From contig DASWHF010000044.1 of NCBI GenBank assembly GCA_036393295.1, forward strand, positions 5,756 to 69,755: a stretch of DNA of 64,000 nt, written 5' to 3'. The notes below the pieces were generated by a model. That model saw only the letters and a list, made by a program, of their open reading frames with translations, ran no database searches and had not been told where the DNA came from. Position numbers and translations under genes: made by a program. This document shows positions 20,434 to 32,075 of the stretch, piece after piece (position 1 is the stretch's first letter; the number at the start of each line of letters is the position of its first letter). This DNA comes from Acidiferrobacterales bacterium (GTDB lineage: Bacteria > Pseudomonadota > Gammaproteobacteria > Acidiferrobacterales > UBA6901).

Positions 20434-21624
20434 TCACAACCGGTGGCGCCGATCCTGCAGGGTGAAGCCGGCCAGCGGCGCCGCGACATTGCGCCCGAGC
20501 GCCATGACCTTGAACAGCTCCCCCATCTCGTGCGGCAGCGTCAGTTTCTTGATCTCCTGCGCGCGCCGGATGCGCTCGCGCTCGTCGCCGGCCGCGGCAT
20601 AGTCGGTGATGCCGCAGGCCAGCAGGAAGGCCGATTGCGAGGCGTAGCCGAGCACGTCGAGCCCGGCCGCGTCGGCGGCCTCGGCGACTGCGCTGAAATC
20701 GACATGCGCGGTGATGTCCTGCAGGCCGACGCGGATCAGCGGATCGGCGTGCACACGATGCCGATAATGGCACAGCAGCGTGCCGCCACGCCGCTCCGGG
20801 TGGAAGTACTCGCCGCGCGGGAAACCGTAATCGATGAGCAGCAACGCGCCCGCGGCGAGGCGCTCGGCGATGCTCGCCACCCAGGCCTCGGCACGGCGAT
20901 GGACCTCGATCCGGTAGCCGTCCGGCAGCGCCAGGGGCGCGAGCCGCTCGGCATAGTGGCGCGCCAGCGCCGCGCCGGCCGCACGCTCGCGCCACACGAA
21001 ACGCGTGCCCTCGCCTGCCACGCACAGCTCGCGCGGCTCGCCGCCGGCCAGCCGCAGCAGGTCCACCGGCAGCGCATCGAGCAGCTCGTTGGCGATCACC
21101 ACGCCGCGGAATCCCGGCTCCGGCAGCCGCTCGATCCATTCGATGCGCGCGTGCAGGTCCGGCAGCTGCGCGCGGATCGATGCCTCCTGCCGCGCGCGCA
21201 GCGCGCCGCTCAGCTCGAGGATGCGATAGCGGCGCGGCAGGCAGTCGAGCGCGGCGAGCACACGCAGCAGATCGATCGCCAGGCGGCCGTTGCCGGCGCC
21301 GACCTCCAGCAGCTCGCCGTCGCCGAGCTGCGCGAACAGCTCGCGGATCTGGCGCGCCAGGCAGTGGGCGAGCCCGGCGCCGAGCTCGGGCGCGGTGACG
21401 AAATCGCCGCCGGCGCCGAACTTCCGGCGGTCGGAAGTGTAGTAGCCGAGCGCGGGCGCGTACAGCGCGAGCTCCATGAAGCGCGCGAACGGGATCGCCC
21501 CGCCGGCGTGCGCGATGTCGGCGCGTATCGCGGCGGCGAGTCGCGCGCTGTGGTCCAGCTCCTCGGCCGACGGTTCCGGGAGCGACTCGGACGGCGGCGG
21601 AGAGGGTTCGATGGGGCGCGACAT
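20434..21624 (-). CDS. SAM-dependent methyltransferase, MidA/NDUFAF7 (DUF185) family
   Basis: ALYAPALGYY...GDFVTAPE and LLEVGAGNGRLA motifs; 396 aa. Confidence 0.8.
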   Translation of the reverse strand: MSRPIEPSPPPSESLPEPSAEELDHSARLAAAIRADIAHAGGAIPFARFMELALYAPALGYYTSDRRKFGAGGDFVTAPELGAGLAHCLARQIRELFAQLGDGELLEVGAGNGRLAIDLLRVLAALDCLPRRYRILELSGALRARQEASIRAQLPDLHARIEWIERLPEPGFRGVVIANELLDALPVDLLRLAGGEPRELCVAGEGTRFVWRERAAGAALARHYAERLAPLALPDGYRIEVHRRAEAWVASIAERLAAGALLLIDYGFPRGEYFHPERRGGTLLCHYRHRVHADPLIRVGLQDITAHVDFSAVAEAADAAGLDVLGYASQSAFLLACGITDYAAAGDERERIRRAQEIKKLTLPHEMGELFKVMALGRNVAAPLAGFTLQDRRHRL

Positions 21625-21736
21625 GCGGGAGTTGGCCTCGACGGCGCTTGCGGGTATCGTGGTGCCGGATCGGACGGGCGGCCGGCGGCGGTCGCGCCGC
21701 CCGGCACCGGGTTCCGTTCATAACGAAGAGGGTACT

Positions 21737-22486
21737 ATGCAACAAGCCTCCCTGAGCGGCAAGGTCGCGCTCATTACCGGCGGCGCGCGGCGCGTCGGGG
21801 CGGCGGTATGCCGCGCGCTGCACGCCGAGGGCATGAACCTCGTCATCCACTATCGATCATCGAAGGCCGACGCCCACGCGCTGCAGAACGAGCTGCAGGC
21901 GGCGCGCGCCGATTCGGTGCTGCTGGTGCAGGGCGATCTGCTCAACATCGCCAAGGTCGAGAACCTGGTGCAGGAGACCGTCAACGCCCATCGGCGCCTG
22001 GACGTGCTGATCAACAACGCCTCGAGCTTCTACCCGACGCCGGTCGGCGAGGCCACCGAGAAGCAGTGGGACGATCTCGTCGGCACCAACTTCAAGGCGC
22101 CGTTCTTCCTGGCGCAGGCGGCCGCGCCGTTCCTGAAAAAGACCGGCGGTTGCATCGTCAACATGGTCGACATCCACGCCGACCGGCCGCTCAAGCAGTA
22201 TCCGATCTATTCCGCCGCCAAGGCCGGGCTGGTGATGCTGACCAAGGCGCTGGCGCGCGAGCTGGCGCCGGAGGTGCGCGTGAACGCCATCGCGCCCGGC
22301 ACCATCCTGTGGCCGGAGCAGGACATGGACGAGCTCACCCAGCAGCGCATCCTTTCCAAGGTGCCGCAGAAGCGCTCCGGCGATCCGCAGGACATCGCGC
22401 GCACCCTGTTGTTCCTGGTGCGCGACGCGGGCTACATCAACGGTCAGGTGATCGCCGTGGATGGCGGCCGCTCGGTGGTGGCCTGA
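21737..22486 (+). CDS. Pteridine reductase / FolM-like short-chain dehydrogenase
   Basis: Start trimmed to MQQASLSGK. TGGARRVG cofactor motif, YSAAK catalytic motif. Adjacent to folK-folB. Confidence 0.8.
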   Translation: MQQASLSGKVALITGGARRVGAAVCRALHAEGMNLVIHYRSSKADAHALQNELQAARADSVLLVQGDLLNIAKVENLVQETVNAHRRLDVLINNASSFYPTPVGEATEKQWDDLVGTNFKAPFFLAQAAAPFLKKTGGCIVNMVDIHADRPLKQYPIYSAAKAGLVMLTKALARELAPEVRVNAIAPGTILWPEQDMDELTQQRILSKVPQKRSGDPQDIARTLLFLVRDAGYINGQVIAVDGGRSVVA

Positions 22487-22500
22487 AGCACCGCCGCCGC

Positions 22501-22992
22501 TCAGTCGATCTGAAAGCCCGCCACGCGCAACCCGGAATCGTCCACCGCGCTCGCGCGCGCGAGCGCGGCATAGGTCAGGCCGGACACCGGATGGCGCTCG
22601 CCGGGCGCGATCTCCGCCAGCGGACGCAGCACGAAGGGATAGGCGAGGATGTCGGGGTGCGGCAGCGGCGAGCGCGCATCGCACCGGACGATATCGCCGT
22701 AGAGCAGCAGGTCGAGATCCAGGGTGCGCGGCCCGTAGCGCTCGCCGTCGCGGCGGCGGCCGTTGGCGGTTTCGATGCAGGCGAGCTCGCCCGCCACCGC
22801 GTCCGCGCCATCGTCGGTGTCGAACCCCACCACCAGGTTGTAGAAGCTCTCGCCGTCGAAGCCGACCGGCGCGGATTCGTAGACCCGCGACACGGCGAGC
22901 GGCCCGTAGCGCGCGGCGAGCGCCCGCACGGCCGCGCGAACGTGCCGGGCCTTGTCGATGTTGCTGCCGATGCTGACGTAACAACGGGCCAT
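22501..22992 (-). CDS. folK: 2-amino-4-hydroxy-6-hydroxymethyldihydropteridine diphosphokinase
   Basis: Start trimmed to MARCYVSIGSN. RTLDLDLLLYG and PHP motifs. Confidence 0.88.
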   Translation of the reverse strand: MARCYVSIGSNIDKARHVRAAVRALAARYGPLAVSRVYESAPVGFDGESFYNLVVGFDTDDGADAVAGELACIETANGRRRDGERYGPRTLDLDLLLYGDIVRCDARSPLPHPDILAYPFVLRPLAEIAPGERHPVSGLTYAALARASAVDDSGLRVAGFQID

Positions 22993-23015
22993 GGGCGGGA
23001 ACCGGCGCGGCGCGC

Positions 23016-23372
23016 TCAGTCGCGCTGCCCGCGCTCGACGACGATGCCGACGTCGCTGGCGCCGCGGATCGCCCCTTTCTTGTTGACCCGCACCCGCACC
23101 CAGGGAATGCCGAACTCCTCGAGGACCAGCGCGGCGACGCGCTCGGCGAGCGTCTCGACCAGCTGGAAGCGCGACGCCTCGACGAAGGCGATCACGCGCT
23201 TGGCCACCGCCTTGTAGTTGAGCGTGTCCTCGATGCGGTCGCTGGCGGCGGCGCGCCGCACGTCGACCGCCATGTCGAGGTCGATGGTGATCGTCTGGGT
23301 GGTGTGCCGTTCCCATTCCCAGATGCCGATGATGGTGTCGACCTTGAGGTCGTGGAGGTAAACGATGTCCAT
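23016..23372 (-). CDS. folB: Dihydroneopterin aldolase
   Basis: Start trimmed to MDIVYLHDLKVDTIIGIWEWER. 118 aa, typical FolB length and N-terminus. Confidence 0.88.
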   Translation of the reverse strand: MDIVYLHDLKVDTIIGIWEWERHTTQTITIDLDMAVDVRRAAASDRIEDTLNYKAVAKRVIAFVEASRFQLVETLAERVAALVLEEFGIPWVRVRVNKKGAIRGASDVGIVVERGQRD

Positions 23373-23378
23373 GGAACG

Positions 23379-23506
23379 AAAGGTACAAGAAAAAAGAGAA
23401 AAGAGGAAAGTGAAAAGAGTCAAACCCCGGGCCCTGGCTTGGGCGAACGTGTTCACCACGGTACCGCATACCTCTTTTCTCTTTCCTCTTTTTTCTTTTC
23501 TCTGCC
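23379..23506. repeat. Family 2 palindromic element (polypurine arm / polypyrimidine arm), copy 1
   Basis: AAAGGTACAAGAAAAAAGAGAAAAGAGGAAAGTGAAAAGAG ... CCTCTTTTCTCTTTCCTCTTTTTTCTTTTCTCTGCC. Fills the folB/plsY divergent intergenic region. Related copies at ~45.6 and ~56.4 kb. Confidence 0.85.
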
Positions 23507-23525
23507 CAATGTATCTTTGCGCGCC

Positions 23526-24116
23526 ATGACCGCCCTCCTGCTGCCGCTGTTCGCCTACCTGCTCGGCTCCGTGTCCTCGGCGATCGTGGTCACGCGTCTG
23601 CTGGGGCTCAAGGACCCGCGCCAGGTCGGCTCCGGCAACCCCGGCGCCACCAATGTGTTGCGCTACGGCGGCAGGACGGCGGCGGTCCTGACGCTGGCCG
23701 GCGACATCCTCAAGGGTGCGGCGGCGGTCGGCATCGCGCGTGCGCTCAGCGCCGACGATACGGTGATCGCATTGTCGCTGGCGGCGGTGTTCCTCGGCCA
23801 CCTGTATCCGGTATTCCACGGCTTCCAGGGCGGCAAGGGCGTGGCGACCGCCTTCGGCGGCCTGGCGGCGCTCCACCCCGGGATGGGTCCGGCGCTGGTC
23901 GCGACCTGGCTCGTGATGGCGCTCGGCTTTCGCTATTCTTCGTTGTCGGCGATCACCGCGGCGGCGCTCACGCCGGTCTACGTCGCCTGGCTGGTGCCCG
24001 GCGCGCGCTATGAGTACGTGATCGCCGCCAGCATCATGACCGTGCTGTTGCTGTGGCGGCACCGCGGCAACATCCGCAAGCTGCTGGCCGGTACGGAACC
24101 GAAGATCGGCCGCTGA
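23526..24116 (+). CDS. plsY: Glycerol-3-phosphate acyltransferase PlsY
   Basis: Start trimmed to MTALLLPLFAYLLGS. GSGNPGATN and FxGGKGVAT motifs. Confidence 0.9.
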   Translation: MTALLLPLFAYLLGSVSSAIVVTRLLGLKDPRQVGSGNPGATNVLRYGGRTAAVLTLAGDILKGAAAVGIARALSADDTVIALSLAAVFLGHLYPVFHGFQGGKGVATAFGGLAALHPGMGPALVATWLVMALGFRYSSLSAITAAALTPVYVAWLVPGARYEYVIAASIMTVLLLWRHRGNIRKLLAGTEPKIGR

Positions 24117-24117
24117 G

Positions 24118-25131
24118 TCAGGGCGCGCGCAGCGTGCTCATCTCCCAGCGCGGCCGCACGGCGAATCCCAGCGGCTCGGCGGCGCGCTCGCGCAGTCTGA
24201 GCCAACCCGCGTAGGCGATCATCGCGCCATTGTCGGTGCAGAACTCCGGGCGCGGGTAATACACCCGCGCGCCGCGCGCCGTGGCGCGCTCCGCGAGCCG
24301 CTCGCGCAGCAGGCGGTTGGCGCCGACGCCGCCGGCCACGACCAGCTGGCGGTGGCCGGTCTGCGTGAGGGCGCGTTCGCACTTGACGGCCAGGGTGTCG
24401 ACCGCCGCCTCCTGGAAGGCGTGGGCGATGTCGGCGACGGTCTGCGCATCCAGGGCCTGCTTTTGGGCGGCGGTCAGCACCGCGGTCTTGAGGCCGGAGA
24501 AGGAGAAGTCGAGCCCCGGCCGGTCGGTCATCGGCCGCGGAAAACGGAAGCGCCCCGGTCGGCCCCGGGCGGCAGCCGCCGCCACCGCCGGGCCGCCCGG
24601 CTGGCGGAGCCCCAGCAGCTTGGCGGTCTTGTCAAAGGCCTCGCCGACCGCGTCGTCCACCGACTCGCCGAGCGGCCGGTAGTCGCCCAGCCCCCGGATG
24701 TCGGCCAGCAGGGTATGGCCGCCGGACACCAGCAGGGCCAGGAACGGGAATTCGGGCGGGTCCGGCTCCAGCATCGGGGCCAGCAAATGCCCTTCCATAT
24801 GATGAATTCCGACTGCCGGCACCCCCCAGGCAAAGGCCAGGCTGCGCCCGACCGCGGCCCCCACCAGCAGCGCACCCGCGAGGCCCGGACCGGCCGTATA
24901 GGCGACCCCGGTGATGTCCGTCGGGCGGCAGCCGGCCTCGGCCAGCACCGCCTGGATCAGGGGCAGGAGCTTGCGGATATGGTCGCGCGACGCCAGCTCC
25001 GGGACCACCCCGCCATAGGCCGCGTGCAGCGCGGTCTGGGAATGGAGTTGGTGCGCCAGGAGGCCGCGCGCGCCGTCGTAAACGGCCACGCCGGTGTCGT
25101 CGCAGGAGGTTTCAATGCCGAGCACGCGCAT
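24118..25131 (-). CDS. tsaD: tRNA N6-adenosine threonylcarbamoyltransferase
   Basis: Start trimmed to [19 protein letters not shown] metal motif. Divergent from rpsU as in many bacteria. Confidence 0.92.
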   Translation of the reverse strand: MRVLGIETSCDDTGVAVYDGARGLLAHQLHSQTALHAAYGGVVPELASRDHIRKLLPLIQAVLAEAGCRPTDITGVAYTAGPGLAGALLVGAAVGRSLAFAWGVPAVGIHHMEGHLLAPMLEPDPPEFPFLALLVSGGHTLLADIRGLGDYRPLGESVDDAVGEAFDKTAKLLGLRQPGGPAVAAAAARGRPGRFRFPRPMTDRPGLDFSFSGLKTAVLTAAQKQALDAQTVADIAHAFQEAAVDTLAVKCERALTQTGHRQLVVAGGVGANRLLRERLAERATARGARVYYPRPEFCTDNGAMIAYAGWLRLRERAAEPLGFAVRPRWEMSTLRAP

Positions 25132-25250
25132 AAGGGGGTGGGATCGCCAGTGACTTGGCGTGTACAAACGCCCGCGAAGTCGCTAATATTACCCGTTTAC
25201 GATCCTGCTGTTTGGGCCAGATTTCAGCATCTTACCCGAGGTGAGACGGA

Positions 25251-25466
25251 ATGCCGACTGTACGCGTCAAAGAACACGAGCCGTTCGAGGTTGCCCTGCG
25301 CCGCTTCCGGCGCTCTTGCGAGAAGGCCGGCGTATTCGCCGAGATTCGCCGCCGCGAGTTCTACGAGAAGCCGACCACGGTGCGCAAGCGCAAGGCCGCC
25401 GCCGCCCGCAAGCGCGAGCTCAAGAAGATCGCCCGCCAGACCGCGCGCGTCACGCGCCAGTACTGA
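25251..25466 (+). CDS. rpsU: 30S ribosomal protein S21
   Basis: [27 protein letters not shown]...; 71 aa. Confidence 0.95.
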   Translation: MPTVRVKEHEPFEVALRRFRRSCEKAGVFAEIRRREFYEKPTTVRKRKAAAARKRELKKIARQTARVTRQY

Positions 25467-25502
25467 CACATTCCCTCTCCCGCCGCCGCGAACCCCCGTT
25501 AC

Positions 25503-25964
25503 TTGCCCGCCGTGAGTCTCAAGGAGCGCATCAAAGAGGACATGAAGGCCGCGATGCGCGCCAAGGATTCGGTGCGGCTGGAGTCGATCCGCATGCTGCT
25601 GGCGGCGATCCAGCGCCGCGAGGTCGACGAGCGTATCGCGCTCGACGACGCCCAGACGCTGGCGGTGATCGAGAAGCTCGTCAAGCAGGGCACCGAGGCC
25701 GCCGCGCAGTTCACCCAGGGCGGCCGCGCCGATCTGGCGGACAAGGAGAACGCGACCATCGCCCTGTATCGCGGCTACCTGCCGGAGCCGCTGTCCGAGG
25801 CCGAGATCGACCGGCTCATCGCCGCCGCCGTCGCCGAGTCCGGCGCCGCCTCCATCAAGGATATGGGCAAGGTGGTTGGCCTGCTCAAGGCCAGGGTGCA
25901 GGGCCGCGCCGACATGGCCCAGGTCAGCGCCAAGGTCAAGGCCGCCCTCGCCGCCAAGGCCTGA
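25503..25964 (+). CDS. GatB/YqeY-domain protein
   Basis: ...SLKERIKEDMKAAMRAKD...RLESIRMLLAAI. The track start is TTG 25503; GTG 25512 is an alternative. Confidence 0.85.
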   Translation: MPAVSLKERIKEDMKAAMRAKDSVRLESIRMLLAAIQRREVDERIALDDAQTLAVIEKLVKQGTEAAAQFTQGGRADLADKENATIALYRGYLPEPLSEAEIDRLIAAAVAESGAASIKDMGKVVGLLKARVQGRADMAQVSAKVKAALAAKA

Positions 25965-25990
25965 GTTTAGGACCCGCTAAAGTCCAATTT

Positions 25991-26108
25991 AGCCACGGGG
26001 AGCACGGGGGTCACGGGGAAGAGCGATTGATCGTTTCCCGACAGGCCGCGGCGCTGCGGGGCCCCGAAGGGTTTTCCAGCCATGCATTTCCCCGTGCTCC
26101 CCGTGGCT
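25991..26108. repeat. Family 1 palindromic element (NNCACGGGG 9-mer arms), copy C
   Basis: AGCCACGGGGAGCACGGGGGTCACGGGGAA ... TTTCCCCGTGCTCCCCGTGGCT, between yqeY and dnaG inside the rpsU-dnaG-rpoD gene string. Confidence 0.85.
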
Positions 26109-26167
26109 AAGCGGCCTTTCCCAAACGCGCCGCTTCGCCCGAATCGGACGCCTGCTAGAATGTCTCG

Positions 26168-27955
26168 ATGGCGGGCAAGATCCCCACGGCCTTCATCGAC
26201 GACCTGCTGAACCGGGTCGATATCGTCGATGTTATCGACGCGCGCGTGCCGCTGCGCAAGGCCGGCAAAGACCACAAGGCCTGTTGCCCGTTCCACGAGG
26301 AGAAGACCCCCTCGTTCACCGTGAGTCAGGACAAGCAGTTCTACCACTGCTTCGGTTGCGGCGCCCACGGCAGCGCCATCGGCTTCCTCATGGAGTACGA
26401 GCACCTGAGTTTTCCGGAAGCGGTCGAGGAGTTGGCCGCCGCGGCCGGCCTCAAAGTGCCGCACGCGGGCCGCGATGACAGCGCGGGCCGCTCCGCGGGT
26501 GACGATACCGCCGCGCTCACCGCAGTGCTGGAGCAGGCGGATCGCTACTACCGCCGCCAACTGCGCGAGCATCCGGCAGCCGCCGAGGCCGTGGACTATC
26601 TCAAGGGCCGCGGCGTGAGCGGCGCGATCGCCGCCGAATTCGGCCTCGGTTTCGCCCCCGACGGCTGGGACAATCTGCTGCGCGCGGTCGGCATCGACGC
26701 CGACTCGCAGCAGGCCTTGGTGCGCGCCGGGCTCGCGATCAAAAAGGACCAGGGCGGTCTGTACGATCGCTTCCGCCACCGGGTGATGTTCCCGATCCAC
26801 GATTACCGCGGGCGTATCCTCGGTTTCGGTGGCCGGGTATTGGGCCACGGCGAGCCGAAGTACCTGAACTCCCCGGAGACGCCGCTGTTCCACAAGGGTC
26901 GCGAGCTCTACGGCCTGTTTCAGGCGCGCCAAGCGGTTCGCGATGCCAACCGGGTGGTGGTCGTCGAGGGCTATATGGACGTGGTGGCCCTCGCCCAGTT
27001 CGGCATCCGCTATGCGGTGGCCACGCTCGGCACCGCCACCACCCGCGACCACCTGGACCGCTTGTTCCGTTTCGCGCCCGAGGTGGTGTTCTGCTTCGAC
27101 GGCGACCGCGCCGGCCGCGAGGCCGCCTGGCGTGCCCTGGAGACGGCCTTGTCGACGCTCCACGACGGGCGCCAGGTGAGCTTCCTGTTCCTGCCGGAGG
27201 GCGAGGATCCCGACACCCTGGTGCGCAAGGAGGGGGAGGCGGGTTTCCGCGAGCGGCTTGCCGGCGCGCTGCCGCTGCCGGACTACTTCTTCCAGCACCT
27301 GAGCGCCCAGGTCGACCTTGGACGGCTCGACGGACGGGCACGCCTGGCCGAACTCGCGCGCCCGCTTTTGTCTAAGCTTCCCATAGGGGTATTACGCCAG
27401 CTGATGTTGGCCCGCCTCGCGGAGCTGACCCGGCTGGGGAAGGGCGATTTGAACCGATTGATCGATCTCCCGGCCTCCCAGGCCGCTCCCAGGCGGACAA
27501 TGGTGCCGCGGGCGCCACAGAAGGGCGTCCCGTCCCTGGTGCGGGCGGCAGTGGCCCTGCTCCTCAGGCATCCGGAGCTTGGGCGCTATATTGATGATCC
27601 GGAAGGATTTTTTGAGCTGGACCGCCCGGGCATACCGTTGTGGGTGGAATTAAGCCGGCTGCTCAAACGTCACCCCAGTCTGCGGACTGGTTCCGTTATA
27701 GAGCACTTTAGAGATAGTGAGTACCAACAACAGATTGCCAAGCTGGCTGCCTGGGATCATCCGGTGCTGCATCAGGACGTCGAGAGCGAGTTTCAGGACC
27801 TGCTGAGCCGGTTGCGCCAGGAAGTGAACAAACAGCGCACAGAACGACTCTACAATAAGGAACATGAGGTCGGCCTGGATGCGGCGGAAAAGGCCGAACT
27901 CCGCCGGCTGCTGGAAGAACGGCGCGAGTTGGGGCGACCTCGCTCGAGGCCTTGA
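26168..27955 (+). CDS. dnaG: DNA primase
   Basis: Zinc-ribbon CCPFHEEKTPSFTV...YHCFGCGAHG, TOPRIM core EGYMDV, C-terminal DnaB-binding region. Confidence 0.95.
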   Translation: MAGKIPTAFIDDLLNRVDIVDVIDARVPLRKAGKDHKACCPFHEEKTPSFTVSQDKQFYHCFGCGAHGSAIGFLMEYEHLSFPEAVEELAAAAGLKVPHAGRDDSAGRSAGDDTAALTAVLEQADRYYRRQLREHPAAAEAVDYLKGRGVSGAIAAEFGLGFAPDGWDNLLRAVGIDADSQQALVRAGLAIKKDQGGLYDRFRHRVMFPIHDYRGRILGFGGRVLGHGEPKYLNSPETPLFHKGRELYGLFQARQAVRDANRVVVVEGYMDVVALAQFGIRYAVATLGTATTRDHLDRLFRFAPEVVFCFDGDRAGREAAWRALETALSTLHDGRQVSFLFLPEGEDPDTLVRKEGEAGFRERLAGALPLPDYFFQHLSAQVDLGRLDGRARLAELARPLLSKLPIGVLRQLMLARLAELTRLGKGDLNRLIDLPASQAAPRRTMVPRAPQKGVPSLVRAAVALLLRHPELGRYIDDPEGFFELDRPGIPLWVELSRLLKRHPSLRTGSVIEHFRDSEYQQQIAKLAAWDHPVLHQDVESEFQDLLSRLRQEVNKQRTERLYNKEHEVGLDAAEKAELRRLLEERRELGRPRSRP

Positions 27956-27960
27956 AATGC

Positions 27961-27989
27961 TTGGGATAAGCCCCGATTTCGTATAAACT
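27961..27989 (+). promoter_or_regulatory. Candidate sigma70 promoter in the AT-rich dnaG-rpoD spacer
   Basis: TTGGGA, 17 nt, TAAACT. The spacer is the most AT-rich stretch of this operon. Hexamers match the consensus only 4/6 each. Confidence 0.3.
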
Positions 27990-28034
27990 TACTAGTTACG
28001 TCTGATTTCAACCAAACCATCGGTCACGCGCGCA

Positions 28035-29891
<1,857 letters not shown>

Positions 29892-29904
29892 AATCGGCCT
29901 GCGC

Positions 29905-29981
<77 letters not shown>

Positions 29982-29989
29982 ATTGAATC

Positions 29990-30021
29990 AAGGGGTTACC
30001 TTGCGGTAACCCCTTTTTTTG
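29990..30021 (+). terminator. Intrinsic terminator after the tRNA
   Basis: AAGGGGTTACC-TTGC-GGTAACCCCTT followed by TTTTTTT. Confidence 0.85.
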
Positions 30022-30132
30022 TCAATTTCTGCCCGCCCGGGGCCGGCTGCGGCCCGCCGCCCCGTGTCCATCCCCTCCCTGGCATGTTTCTTGAAGATAT
30101 TTCCAGGTACTTAGTGCGGGTGCCCATAAGAA

Positions 30133-31233
30133 ATGCCGCAGACCGTCCTTATCCTGGATGACGAATCCGACAACATCTTTCTCATGGAAGAGACCTTGCG
30201 TCGCAAGCTGCGCGACGTCGTGAGCGTCAGTTTCACCTCGCCGCGCGCCGCCCTGGCCTGGTGCGACAAGAACGAGCCGGATCTGTGTCTCATCGATTAC
30301 AAGATGCCCGACATGAGCGGCATCGAGTTCATGGTACGCGCCCGCCAGAACCCCAGGTTCCACGGCGTTCCGGTGGTCATGATCACCGGGGTCACGCCGG
30401 CCGACGTCCGGCAGGTGGCGCTGGCCTCCGGGGCGACCGAGTTCCTCAGTAAGCCGATCAATCCGCCCGACCTGGTGGCGCGGGTCATGAATCTGCTGCG
30501 CCTGCGCACCACCCTGCGCAACCAGCGCCGCAACGTGACCAGCTTCGACCAGGACGTGGTCGCCGGCGTCGCGACCGCCGAGCAGGAGAAGATCATTCAG
30601 CGCCTGTGCCGCTTCAGTGAAGTGCGCGACGAGGAGACCGGCAATCACATGCGCCGCATGGCCTTCATCTCGCAGCTCATCGCCCGCGAGCTCGGTTACG
30701 GCGAGGGGTTCTGCGACATGATCCTGCTGGCTGCGCCGATGCACGACATCGGCAAGGTCGGCATTCCCGACCGCATCCTGCTCAAACCCGGTCGACTCGA
30801 TGCCGTCGAATGGGAGATCATGAAGACACATGCCACGATCGGGTACGAAGTGCTGAAGGACAGCGAGTCCGAGCTGCTGCGCATGGGTGCCGACATCGCC
30901 CACTCGCATCACGAGCACTTCGACGGCAGCGGCTATCCCAACCGCCGGGCCGGCGAGGACATTCCGATCGTCGGCCGCATCGTCGCGGTCGCCGACGTGT
31001 TCGACGCCCTGGTCAACAAGCGCCACTACAAAGAGGCCTGGGCCGCCGGCGACGCCTTTGCATTGCTGCGCCGCGAGAAGGGTGCGCACTTCGATCCCGA
31101 ATGCGTCGACGCCATGCTGAAACGCATCGACGAGATCATGGATATCCAGACCACCTACGCCGAGGGTGTCGAGGTCAGGGACGACGCCGTCTTCTGCGCC
31201 CTCGGCCGCCGCCCCCACGCCGCCGGGCGTTGA
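30133..31233 (+). CDS. Response regulator with HD-GYP domain (RpfG-like c-di-GMP phosphodiesterase)
   Basis: REC domain (LILDDE...DLCLIDYKMPDMSG...SKP) plus HD-GYP motifs MHDIGKVGIP and HHEHFDGSGYP. Confidence 0.88.
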   Translation: MPQTVLILDDESDNIFLMEETLRRKLRDVVSVSFTSPRAALAWCDKNEPDLCLIDYKMPDMSGIEFMVRARQNPRFHGVPVVMITGVTPADVRQVALASGATEFLSKPINPPDLVARVMNLLRLRTTLRNQRRNVTSFDQDVVAGVATAEQEKIIQRLCRFSEVRDEETGNHMRRMAFISQLIARELGYGEGFCDMILLAAPMHDIGKVGIPDRILLKPGRLDAVEWEIMKTHATIGYEVLKDSESELLRMGADIAHSHHEHFDGSGYPNRRAGEDIPIVGRIVAVADVFDALVNKRHYKEAWAAGDAFALLRREKGAHFDPECVDAMLKRIDEIMDIQTTYAEGVEVRDDAVFCALGRRPHAAGR

Positions 31234-31272
31234 GCCGTTCCACGCGCATTACAACGTTTTATGGGCCGGCGC

Positions 31273-32073
31273 TCAACGCTCCGGCTCGGCGGGCGCCGCC
31301 ATGCTGCGATAAGAATAGGTGTACCAGAGATACGCCAGGCGCTCGCGCAGCGCCAGGCTGGTCATGGCGAGCCCGTTGGCGGTCGGCAGGTAACCGAGCG
31401 CGCTGCGCTCCTTGCGGCCCAGCGTGCTGAAGCCGGTCGGCGCCGGGGTGACGCCGATCCCGTAGAGCTCGAAGGACCAGGCGGCGCGGCGCATGTGCCA
31501 GGCGTGGGTCACCACATGAACGTGGCGGATGCCGGCGGTCGTCAGGATATCGCGGCTGAAGCGCGCGTTCTCGATGGTGCTGTTGGACTTCGCCTCCAGC
31601 CATTTGACCTCGACGCGGAAGTCCTCGCGCAGCGCCGTTTGCATGAGCTCGGCCTCGGCGATCTCCTCGCGGAACGGCGCGCCGCCGCTTACCAGGATCG
31701 GCAGGCCGGTCCGGCGGTGCAGATGCGCCGCGTAACGCAGCCGCTCGAGCGTCAGTGGATCGACCGTGTCGGCGCGGTATTCGGGTGCGCCGGTGCGGCG
31801 GCCCGCGCCGAGCACCACGATTGCCTGCGGTGCGCTGCCGGCGGCGGCCGGTTCCTCGTCGCCGGCAGCCGCGGCGTAGTCCTGGAGCCCGCCGAGCATC
31901 TGGTGGCCGGTCATGGGCAGGCTGAAGATCACCAGCAGCCCGGTGGTGAGGGTGAACAGCAGCGCGCCGAGCCACGGCCGGGCAACGTAGGCCAGCAGGC
32001 TGACTACCGCGCACAGCACGATCAGGCCCGGCGGCGACAGGGTGAGGCCGATGATCTGGGGCCACAGCTCCAT
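31273..32073 (-). CDS. YdcF-family (DUF218) membrane-anchored protein
   Basis: Two N-terminal TM segments, then a DUF218-like core (IVVLGAG...ILVSGG...STIENA...VVTHAWHMRRA). Confidence 0.75.
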   Translation of the reverse strand: MELWPQIIGLTLSPPGLIVLCAVVSLLAYVARPWLGALLFTLTTGLLVIFSLPMTGHQMLGGLQDYAAAAGDEEPAAAGSAPQAIVVLGAGRRTGAPEYRADTVDPLTLERLRYAAHLHRRTGLPILVSGGAPFREEIAEAELMQTALREDFRVEVKWLEAKSNSTIENARFSRDILTTAGIRHVHVVTHAWHMRRAAWSFELYGIGVTPAPTGFSTLGRKERSALGYLPTANGLAMTSLALRERLAYLWYTYSYRSMAAPAEPER

Positions 32074-32075
32074 GG

